Part shown: positions 10,879 through 21,383 of the stretch, piece after piece
Layout: each line of letters starts with the position of its first letter
Position numbering within the stretch: position 1 is the stretch's first letter
Source of the DNA: Kondoa subrosea
Lineage: Eukaryota
Reading direction: 5' to 3'
Length of the DNA stretch: 64,000 bases
Assembly: GCA_039545335.1 (NCBI GenBank)
Contig: BCIN01000001.1
Span: forward strand, 2,607,136 to 2,671,135
The notes under the pieces: generated by a model
What the model saw: only the letters and a program-made list of their open reading frames with translations
Told to the model about the DNA's origin: nothing
Database searches by the model: none
Translations under genes and position numbers: made by a program

Positions 10879-13203
10879 ATGGCCCTTCTGGATGACTTTG
10901 ATCAGGATGCTACACCGCTCAAAATCAATATTCAGTATCGCTGTGAGCTCCATTCATTCATTGCAAAGAGGGTCCAAGCTAAACCTGTCATGCTGCTGTA
11001 GTCTATCTGCCCTTCGCAAAAGAGCCTGGCAGTTCTCTCTTCACTCAACATACCGTGAGCGAGAAGAAAGCCGGCACTGCTTTCAGCAAATGCATAGACG
11101 AGATCATCTCTGCTATGAATGGCTTTTACTCCAAATCACACTATGGCAAACATCAGCCAGAGATTGAACGCGAAGATCTCACTTTTCAGTTTCAGAAGCT
11201 AGCTGCAGCTGGTCAAATTGCTGCTTTTGTGCATAGAAGTGGAGAGAAGAAAGCTTGCACCGAGGGCTCACTTGGGTTTTTCTGGGAATACCACCAGTTC
11301 AACGAGCCAAAGAAGTGTGCACCATGGCAAAGAGCCAATGCACTTGCAGCCAGAACGATAGAACTTGCCGTTCATTTCGATTATCAATCCTACCTTGAAC
11401 GCACTGGAGCAGAAGATAGATCAACAACAAGAAGACCAGCTACAAAGACGAGGAACAGAGTCAAGCGCAAAGTCGAAGACGTCAAAGAGCCAAAATCAGA
11501 TCCTAGCGATCAAGATTTACCTAGAAGGAAGAAAGCAAAGAAGCATCAAAGCCCTCCTCCTGCTCAAGAAGAACCAGCTCCCTTTGACGACGATCTTCCA
11601 GATTTGGCACCTGTCCTCCCTCGTCGAGCTGCTTTGGATGATGCGGAAGAAGCGGATGAATTAGCTCCTAGTGATGGCGAAGATATTGAGTTGGATGATC
11701 TACCGCCACCTTTGGCTAGTGATTTTGGCACACCTGCTCCTGCTGCATCTCTCAACAAAGCACAAGCACAATTGAGTCACAGATCCGCTTCTGCTTCGCA
11801 AGCTGCAAAGTCTACTCCAGGCCAAACAGCTCGAGCATCCACACCAGCTCAGTCATCAACAACGCAGAAAGAGCTCAAATCAAAGACTCCAGTCAGCAAT
11901 TCAACAGTTGAGAATGTCTTGAACACACCTCGAGCTTCCACTTCTGGCACACCTTCCACTTCCATTCTCAAGTCCAGTCGGATCAAGGCTACCCCTTCCA
12001 CTCGTCCTTCTCAAATCGCTACTCCCGCCTCAGCTTCAGTGCGGAATACCATCGTACATCCTGCAACAACATCGACATCGACAAGTATGCCTGCCGCTGG
12101 AATACAGGAAGATGTGAAACCCGATATAGCCTCAATTCGACCGAATATACCTTCAGCTAGTCAAAGCACGTTCAAACCATCTTCACTCAAACAGCCTATC
12201 ATCATCGATGAAACTAGCGACGAAGACGAAAGTCCAGCAACTCCTGCTTTGCCCAAATCAACAGCTTCTGTCAGTCGTATTACCACAGATCCTGCTCCGC
12301 CTGCTTCGTCTATCGCAAAAGGGAAACGTAAGGCTGTCGATGCACCAAAAAATACTCAACCAGTAAAGAAGAAGACCAAAACTCATACGTCAGCAGATAG
12401 CAGAAGCACCATCGATAAAGGAAAAGCGACAGCCAAAGAAGTGGATTTACCTAGAGGATATGCCAAAGCCATTAAAGCAAGAGTTGCAGATAAGAACAAA
12501 GCTGCTGATTTATCATATGAAGTTGGTGATTTGGTTTACTTTACTACTTGGGCTACTTTATCTGGCTATGGTGAACTTCGGAAAGGTGGTGTAACAAAAA
12601 GTCGGAAGGGCAACTTCGATGTTAAACGTAGAGTTATCCCTGCGAACAGATTTTCACCAGAGCTGATAAACTCCGATAGACTTTGAGAAGATGCCTGCTA
12701 ATTATGAGCCACCTCGATCAGAGAATGAATCGCCTTTCCAGCCTAATTCTACTCAAAGCTTCATCAAAGTCAAACCTGATCCAGATCAATCTCCTTCGCG
12801 CAGATCTCCAACTGGTAGCTCAAGAGGTTTCGTCTGTGGTTCCACTACTGTTCCGCGAGCATCTACTTCGACCGCTCGGATGACTTCTGCTTCGGAAGAA
12901 GCTCCTTCTCAAATTCCTTCTCGACCGAATCCTGTTATAAGAAACATCGAATCTTCCTCTGAAGATGATGAAGACGAAGATTTACCCGATATCAGTCAAA
13001 GCACCTTTAATCCTTTCAAACCTTTTGTGAAATTAGAAAAAGTGGAACCTGTCAAAAGTCCAGCTCGACCTACTGCTTCTCAAGCCGAATCACAAATTGT
13101 AAACAGTGCAAGGAAGAGTATATCTAGTCCAGGGAAGCAGAGCATGAGCAAAAGTATTGGGAATTTGAAGAAAGCGACTGTCATTGATTTAACTAGCGAT
13201 TGA
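10879..13203 (+). CDS. Hypothetical protein: N-terminal globular region, long disordered S/T/P/K-rich region, SIM-like motifs
   Basis: ORFs 11055..12686 and 12691..13203 join via intron gtagag..ctgat..tag (~12628-12679) giving DVKHFEKMPA. Upstream exon from ATG 10879. Basic NLS-like clusters; ends TVIDLTSD*. Confidence 0.75.
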
Positions 13204-13581
13204 ATTTTGTATTAACATTTTGTAATCCTGTGTCTCAATCAAGTATACAACTTTGACGGCGAAATGTATCGAAGCCGCTTCGCTTGCTTTTAAAAATAAA
13301 ACTGCGTCGCGGCGCCGCAATGAGAGTCGCGCTTTGACCACATTTCGCCTTCGAGTAATCTTTACGGAGGCCACAGAGGTATGTCTGTGTGCTGGAGCGG
13401 GAGCTGAACGTATATCATAGCGCCACAACACATACACTGAATCTCAATGTGCTTTACTTCTGTTGCCTTCTTACCACCAACTTAAATCACAACAACCTCG
13501 CTTTGCATTCGCTGAGAAGGACAGACGTGAGTCACATCCACTCCTCACTGGGATTGATATTGATCTTTTCAATAGTGAACG

Positions 13582-15559
13582 ATGCCTCCTAAACGTAAAG
13601 CAGCTGCTAAGAAGAAGAAGGTTGTCAGCGATGATGAAATGGACTCCGACTGCATGTTCGCTTGACTTGTAATCACTCATACTCATTCTAGCATATCCAG
13701 ATGATATTCTCGATGGACCAGCCAAGAAACGAGCTGCTGCTGCCAAAACTACCAAAGGTAAAGGCAAGAAAGCCACAGCTGCTCATGAAGACGAGGACGA
13801 AGATGCTGGTGAAGATAAGAAGCCTCTTGCTAAGAAGGCTAAGAAAGTCGTCAAAGCTAAGGTGCGGCCGGACGATGGTGCTTGTTAAGTAGTCCGCTCA
13901 TTGCTGTGCTCCATCTCTCTCTTCTCTTTCTCCGCGCCTCTCCTTTCTGTTTCGCTCCGTCTCTTACTCATATCGTCCGCTCCTCTTGATCCTGAATGAT
14001 CAAAACACGAATGTAGAAACACAAGTGAGTTTCTCGCTGGTGTACTAAGACTCACTTCTCATTAACTCTGTTACAGTTGGAACGAGTAATTCAGCTGTTT
14101 ATAGGCAGTCTCATTGCTAACCGAACGCACAGTATCCCCAAATGGAAGGACGACAAGTCACCTTTGATCGATAAGTCCCCAATCGAAGTGATTGACGCCG
14201 TTCTAGGCGATGAGGGTCTCGTGAGTCTCAAGGCAGACCGTCACCTATAAGCTAACATTGCGAATAGAATATCCGTGATCACATTGCTCTTGCTGGTGAG
14301 CTCTTGTCACATATCAACGACACCTCAGCACTGATAAGGATCTTTCAGCTACCTGCAGAGCTTTCCGTATCGCTTACTCCACCGAAGAAGTCTGGAAAGC
14401 CCTTATGGACACTCGTCAGATTGTTACTGTCGCTGATGACTACTACAACGATTTTCGTGACGAAGTCGGTGACTTGGGCAAATCTAACGACAAGGACGAG
14501 ACTGCTCAAAATCACAAGACTGTCACTCACATCATGAGTAACGCTCGTGAGTCTTCTTTGTGTCGAGTCATAACAACGTCTGACCCACTATATTAGCCTC
14601 TGTTCGCCCTGCTGATTTCCAAGTCATGAACGACGGTCAGCTTGTCGTCGCTCCTTCTCACATCTCTGCTATCTTCAAGGTCTTCAACCAACGCATCAAC
14701 ATGACTACCGCTAAAGTATGTTCAGATGACATGCACTGTCAAAGTAGTCTCATGATCAGCCGAACAGGCTAACTTCAAAGTCAACGAAGCTGCTCTCAAG
14801 AATCTCACCTTCAAAGAGGAATGGAACAGACACAATCCTCAAGTAAGTCGCTGCTTACATTCAGTATACTTTATAGCTGAGCCGGTATACAGGTCCCAAA
14901 GAAGATGTATAGAGAATGTACGTCGGCTACAAATGATAAATTGTCCTCTACTCAAAGCTGTTGCAGACGCTGTTCAGGCTATGGCTTACTTAGTGAGTTT
15001 GGTTTCCGTGTTCGCCTGTGCAAGACTAATTTTGTTTCCTAGGCGTCGGCGCTACTACTTGTCCAGTTGTGTTCAGGCTGATGTTTTCGACAGCCATGGT
15101 GGTCCCATGGAACACGAGCGTCATATGCAGAAGCTCAAAGCCTCAGCTGACAAACGCGCTGCTACCAAAGCTGCCAAGAATTCTGCTGACGGTGTTGTTC
15201 CCAAGAAGAAAGCTCCTGTCATGTACGTTGAATGCATCTCAAGTTTGATGAACAATTCTCAACGCAATTCGATTCTAAAGCAAAGGAGTCAACGGTAGAC
15301 CAGTCGCGTCAGAAACTCAGCATCGCGCTAATTCCTCTTGTACATTGTCATGTAGATTGGCATTTCCCACGCGAAGCGTATCAAAAAGAAGGTACGTATG
15401 CTCTCATTCAGAGAGGCTGTACTCAATCCATATTCAGGTTATGCTGGTTATGTGGGCTACAAAGTAAGCTTTGCCATACAAACGAAGGCATAGAGCTGAC
15501 ATGACGTCCGGCAGGAATACTATCATGGTGATGGGGAAGGTGGATACCGAAGTGACTGA
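13582..15559 (+). CDS. F-box-like protein with XPA-C-like helical domain; many exons including micro-exons
   Basis: Spliced MPPKRKAAAKKKK..KKHNWNDIPKWKDDKSPLIDKSPIEVIDAVLGDEGLNIRDHIALAATCRAFRIAYSTEEVWKAL (F-box-like) ..TTAKANFKVNEAALKNL..RHNPQVPKKMYRE..AVQAMAYLAHGG (XPA-C-like). 3' exons approximate. Confidence 0.7.
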
Positions 15560-15758
15560 GCTGGTCTCGAATCACTTGATGTTGGACGATGAGGGAGAAA
15601 GCTGAAGTTGTACGATCGAAATTTCATGAGCTGCATTCGTATAGAGATTGATAGTGGCTTTCCCACTTGTCATAAGAACCTTCTTCCTGTTATTATCACG
15701 CGGATTGTGCTGTTGAGTCACATCACGTAATCAATACCTCTTTCTTTCGTCAGCAACG

Positions 15759-16803
15759 ATGTCAACTTTCGGTATTTTCCCAGCAGCTGGTGGACTAGGT
15801 GGAGCGACTCTCAAGCACCTCTTGGAGATCGTAGAGCCTTCAAAGGTAGTTTTGGTTTCGCGGCACCCTGAGAAATTGGCGGACGAAGCAAAACAAGGAG
15901 CTGTAGTCAAACAGGCGGATTATGACGAGCCAGAATCGCTCGAGACAGGCTTTGAAGGCGTGGATTTCCTCAATCTCATTTCCTACGTGACATTTGTCAT
16001 TGATCACAGGTTGGTTAGTCTTAAGCTGGAGTGGTCCGAGCTGACTCGAAAGCAGAGTGAAAGTACACAAGCGCGCAATAGATTCCGCGGTAAGATCTGG
16101 TGTCAAGACTGTCAGTCGCAGTCTCGTGCTCCAGCTCGTTTGGAGCTGATCGAAATGATCGACATGCCAGATCATCTATTCCTCCTTAGCTTTCGCAAGC
16201 AACACTTCCTCATCCTCCCTCGCAACAGTAATGCAGGCTCATTTGCAGACCGAAGCGTATTTGCGATCTATACATGAACAAAATCCATCCTTCAATTATG
16301 TGATAATCAGACAAGGTCTCTATTCCGAAAGCGCTCCTCTCTATCTAGGCGGTCTAGATCTGAAATCACCACCGAAGGAAATCCTAATACCTCACGATGG
16401 ATCTGGACCAGGAATCGCATGGGCTAAAAGGGAAGAGCTAGGGGAAGCAACAGCAAAGATCATGAAGGATTACTCACTCGATCCTACTTCATACAACGGA
16501 CGAACGATTCTTTCGTCTGGACCTCAATCCCTCAGTCTATCTTCTACTGCTCAAACGATATCGACATTATTGGGCAAAAATATACCGATACGACAAGTCA
16601 CGGTGGATGAATATGCTGAACGACCTGAGATCAAATCAGCCTTTGATGGAAGAGCTTGGGCTAATGCTTGGGATGCTATAAGAGCTGGAGAAACAGAAGT
16701 TGTCTCTGATGACTTGAAGAAGTATTTGGGCAGAGAGCCTGAATCTTTCAAGACAAGTATAGAGGCAATGTTCAAAAGAGATAGATTCGTAGACACTGAA
16801 TAA
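15759..16803 (+). CDS. NmrA-like atypical SDR, NAD(P)H-binding (QOR2/TMR-like)
   Basis: PAAGGLGG Rossmann motif, ADYDEPESL..GVD.LNLIS, IIYSSLAF, MQAHLQTEAYL, IIRQGLYSE, AWAKREELGEATA. Confidence 0.88.
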
Positions 16804-16884
16804 GTCATTTCTCAAACGCAAGTGACTTCGACTTCTAGTGCGAAATAGTCTTGCTTCGAACGGTTACCTGATCAAACGGAGAAG

Positions 16885-17802
16885 ATGTCCAATCCAGTAC
16901 TCACTGCATTGAACGCTGACCATTCTATGCTGCTCAAGACTGCTACAGGCAAGCAAGTCATCAGTAAGTCAAGAGACGACTCGCAGAGCTTTGCTGACTA
17001 ATCATTTGACGTACTCAGTCGACGCCTGGCTTCATGGCCCGAATGTGCAAGGACACCAATGGATCCATAATGATGAACATGCAATCCCTTCGTGTATCGA
17101 CACTCTTCAAGAACTGGACCGCTTGGATGCTATCATCTGCTCGCTGGAGTTGAATGATCATTGCAACAAGAATACACTACTACAGGCTGATTCTTCTACT
17201 CCTTTCTACGGATCTCCCAAAGCTTGCAAACTCGTTCGCTCCTGGAACCATTTCGATAGCGTGAATGAGATTCCTTTTCTGTCGCCTGCTAGTGGTATAC
17301 AAGATTGGCTTTCTGAAGCAGCTCAACCTTTCCCTGATATGAGACTTTTCCAACTATCAAGTCCTACAAAACATCTTGGTCAACTACACCACACTTTGGT
17401 CATAGCTATGCAGCGGAACGAAACTTCGCAAGCGATACTATACACACCTCATGGTAAATCTCTACCAATCCAGATCTCCCAGCTCTTTCTACTCTTGCAC
17501 CACCTCTTCTACCATTCCTTTTATGCATGGGGTTGAACAAAATGGGTTATCCTTTTCTGTTAGGAGGATGCGCAAACTTGGGTATGGAACAATCTAAAGA
17601 AGTAGCCAAAGTATTACTCCCGAGCTTGAAATATTGGGTTCCGATTCATGATGAGGAGAAGAATTGCAAAGGGTTAACGGGTTGGGCTGCGACTAAAACT
17701 ATTGGCAACTTTGGGAATCTGTCGGAAGAGGATAAGGTGATCTTGAAGGATGTCAGCATGGTCAATCTGGGCAGTGGAGAGAAGATTGAACTGCAGCTTT
17801 GA
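16885..17802 (+). CDS. Metallo-beta-lactamase-fold protein with apparent frameshift at ~17455 (possible pseudogene or sequencing error)
   Basis: LNADHSMLL..IIDAWLHG, AIICSLELNDHCNKNTL, ILYTPHG, then in a second frame GGCANLG and WVPIHDEEK. Confidence 0.7.
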
Positions 17803-18059
17803 GCTGTGCTTACATCGAGGTAAATTTCATCTGTCGTCCCATCACGCTGCTGTTCTGACGAAGCAATTGAGAGAAGTAATTAAGGCGGACTTATGTATTG
17901 TGGTATTTCCTTCATTCGAGACGTAATACCTGCTCATTGTACAGCATGCAACATATATATTCATTTCATAATCAGTCTTCGATCGAACATTGGCTTTTTT
18001 TCATCCCACGAGACATTGCGTGCAAGCTGACGACAGCATGTACACTTTGGGTTGTAGGT

Positions 18060-19135
18060 CTACTTCAACAGATGACCTCCTTCAGTAACATTGGCTTGAC
18101 CGGTGACTGAAGTATCGCGCATGAAGTACAAGCTAGAGCACAGCTGCATCAGCCTGATTGATTGCACGGACGTTAAGGAGCTTACTAAGTTTCAGCTGCA
18201 TCTCCTGGTTGCGCAACTTTCCCGATCAACGAAGCGTCTGCCATCGATTCCATCATTGCTTTGCGTCGATCCTCTGGTAAGCTCGACCAGAGTTCAGTCT
18301 CAACAGGACCACTGTTACGCCGTGATTCAGAATGACATCGGAAGACCAGAGGGGCAAGACAACTTACGGGACAACGCAGTTGCATCGCAAAGGTGCCAAA
18401 TCAACAGCAAGTGCTCGGGTGAGAGAAACCACAGCTCCACCTACACCAGCCGTCTGAGACCAGTTCTTGCCCGGCTTGAGGTATACAGTTCCAGACGTCA
18501 ATACTGCCATTACTTTTAGTCAGAGGTTGATAAAATGTCGTGAAGGTCATACTTACCCATACTGCCGCCTTCATTTAGCAGATCATACTTTTTGATCGCT
18601 TTTGCTGCTGCCATAGCACCAAAGTATCGAACACTGACAATCAAAGGGCATCAGCTCCAAAATAGATCAACCACCTATCAAATGCTTACTCGAAAACAGA
18701 TTGAGCACCTTCCAAGTCCAGATCCTCAATAGCAGGGAATCCTAAACCTTCACCAGCCGAATGAACATAATGATCGAATTTCCCAATAGATTTCAGTAAC
18801 TCTTCAACTCGTTTACCAATTCCTTTAACTCCTTCTTCACCACTGCTGGATCTGAGATCTAAAGTATGACCTGAAACTTTCTCTCCACTTTGTTGTAAAC
18901 GTTTTACAGCTTCATCCACTTTAGTTCGAGAGGAGGAAGCGATAATTACTTCCGCTCCGAATTCTAAACAGGCTTGAGCAACACTGAAACCAATACCGCT
19001 GTTCAGATTTGTTGTTATCAGTATACACGATTGTGCAAGCGCGTAAATTGAAAGGCTTTAGTAAGCTTACCTTGATCCGCCAACAATGACGATCTTCTTG
19101 CCCTGAAGCTTTCCGGTGAAGTTTGATGTGGGCAT
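18060..19135 (-). CDS. Short-chain dehydrogenase/reductase, multi-exon
   Basis: LQGKKIVIVGGS|SGIGFSVAQA, FDHYVHSAG, VRYFGA, LTSGT, SLTRALAVDLAPLRCNCVVP, VTGQANVTEGG. Confidence 0.9.
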
Positions 19136-19420
19136 GATTGAATTTAGACTGAATGGACTGGGTAAGGAGGACTTTAAAGACCTGAAGGTGGTTGAGCAAG
19201 AAAAGAATGTCGAAATAGATTTCGGTCATTGATTAAGTAAGCGGGAAATAAGCGAGGGGGAATCGCAGGCTATTTCGGCAATAATAGTGTTCCAGGTGAG
19301 ATACCGCACGAGAGGCATCAGATTCCGCTCAGAGGGCTCATACGTAGCTGAACTACTCAGAGAGCGCAACGCACGTAGAAAAATGATGAATGAGTTAGTC
19401 CTTTGCGCCATCAAGGCGTC

Positions 19421-20167
19421 TTATTTCAGGTTCATTCGCATAGCTAAAGCATCTTCTCCATCCGCATCTACATTCAGAGATCAGCAAATCATCCATACTC
19501 AAAGACAGATGACGACTGACAATACCCCTTGTCAATTTCCTTGACCGTAAACCCTAGCGTATCCTTATACAGCGCTATTGCCGCTCTATTCGTTTTCCTC
19601 ACGTGCAGCGAAACATAAGCAGCTTGATAAACTTCCTTCATAGCCTTTTCTGTGCGTTAGCAACTTACCCATCAGCATTAAAGCAGAAATAGGGTATGTG
19701 ACAGACTCACGAGACAGTTGCATCAACTTATTAGCTAAGCCTAATCGCCTGTACGTCCGCAGTACTGAAATTGAAGTAACATGTCCATGAGGTTCATCCC
19801 CTTCTTCTAAATCTTCTTCCATTTTCGCTAAGATGTATCCTACTATTCTACCCCTATCATCTGTTGCTACATAAGAGAGTGAAGGCCAGGTTAAGCCATG
19901 GTACAGATCTGCAAGTCTTATTAGCCTTGCTGAAGCATGAAAGTATGCTATAGCGAGGAAGAGACTTGCAATATTTCAATTGATAGTTCTCTAGCATCCT
20001 AATCAGCCTGTTACGGAGCACTAAGTGACAAGGGAAAGACTCACCTGGTAGATTATTCAGATTACAATTCTGCATCCCAGGCAAATCCGCTACCTGCTCT
20101 CTTTCGTCAATACATAGGTCTGGTCTGGCATATAGCTCCAACACACTGTAGCTGGTCTTATATCCAT
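19421..20167 (-). CDS. ARD1: NatA N-terminal acetyltransferase catalytic subunit
   Basis: Spliced [87 protein letters not shown]. Confidence 0.96.
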
Positions 20168-20427
20168 CTGAGATTTACTGTTTGGTCGAAGTAGTCGAAG
20201 TGGAACGTGCTTGCATTTCTTGCTCTTATACCAATACCTCCATTCAATCTTAGATAGCTCAGAGAAGTCGTAGAAAAGTCATCTGAACTCACCTCAACCG
20301 TTGCTAGTTTTTGGATTACTCTACATCCCTTGAAACTCTGTTTCCCCTTTGAAGCTTCTGTCTTGGTCAATCTCCCCTAAAATTGGTCTAGTAGGAAGCT
20401 GATTGTGGTCATATGTATAGTTGAAGG

Positions 20428-21146
20428 ATGTCTACCCAACCACTCTTGCAACGATCTGGGAATAAGAAAATAGCACTTCCAGTCAGAGTGGTGCGTTCTG
20501 ACATTCACATTTCAATCGGGATTTGCCTGATGCTAGTGGATTCATGATCACAGGAACCGAAAGTCTTCTTTGCGTGCGTTCTATGGTGCCTACTTAAGAG
20601 GTTTATAATGAATGCTTGGACAGGAATGAACGAACTTTCCTCTCATGGCTCAAGTAAGTCGTCGCATGCTGCTATGCCTAATGGGGGCTCAGTAGATACG
20701 GACCTTACAGCTTCACTGTTATCCTCTCCGGATTATCGCTAGGTCTTCTCAATTTCGGTGACAAAGTAGGTAGAATCGCAGCTGGCATGTTTACCCTTGT
20801 CGGTCCGTTCCAATGTTTTTTCCGGCTGTATTCTTCAGCTAAAGGTACTTTGGATGTGCACAGCTATGGCCGTGATGCTTTATGCACTGACAACATATCA
20901 TGTTCGTTTCCTATCTGCTTTTTTAGCTGCGTCGGGAGCTTAGCAGATATTGATTCGAACAGTGGAGAGCTGCTGCGATTAGGAAGAGAGGTTCAGGTCC
21001 TTATGATGATCGATTAGGTCCTACGGTTTTATGTTTCGCTTTACTTATCGCTGTGGTCAGTTGCTTCTCGCATTCAGCTTATTTGAAAGCTTATGAAGGA
21101 ACCTGTCTGACAGCTGGTCAACTTCGTGCTGCGTTTCATGGAATAG
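20428..21146 (+). CDS. VTC1: Vacuolar transporter chaperone 1 (polyphosphate VTC complex)
   Basis: Spliced [71 protein letters not shown]. Not in the ORF track because of short exons. Confidence 0.95.
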
Positions 21147-21383
21147 CTTACAGAAGAGAAGAAGAGTTTTTGGAGGAAAGAAGCATATACATCGATTTAC
21201 TTAGCTTCTTCCTATTATTTAATTGCCCTTTGCAGTGTTTAAATGTCATAGAATTCCAGTATCATTCAACTAGGCTTGAATACATTTGCGCATGAAAAAC
21301 CCCACGCGTTATATTCCGCACTTTGTTATTTTCACCTTTATCGACCATTCATATACCCCTCTCTCATCGGTGCAGCAGCAGCG

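Noticed and set aside
12683..12691. Stop-codon readthrough or frameshift between ORFs 11055..12686 and 12691..13203
   Set aside because: A normal ~52-nt GT-AG intron with a branch point explains the join.
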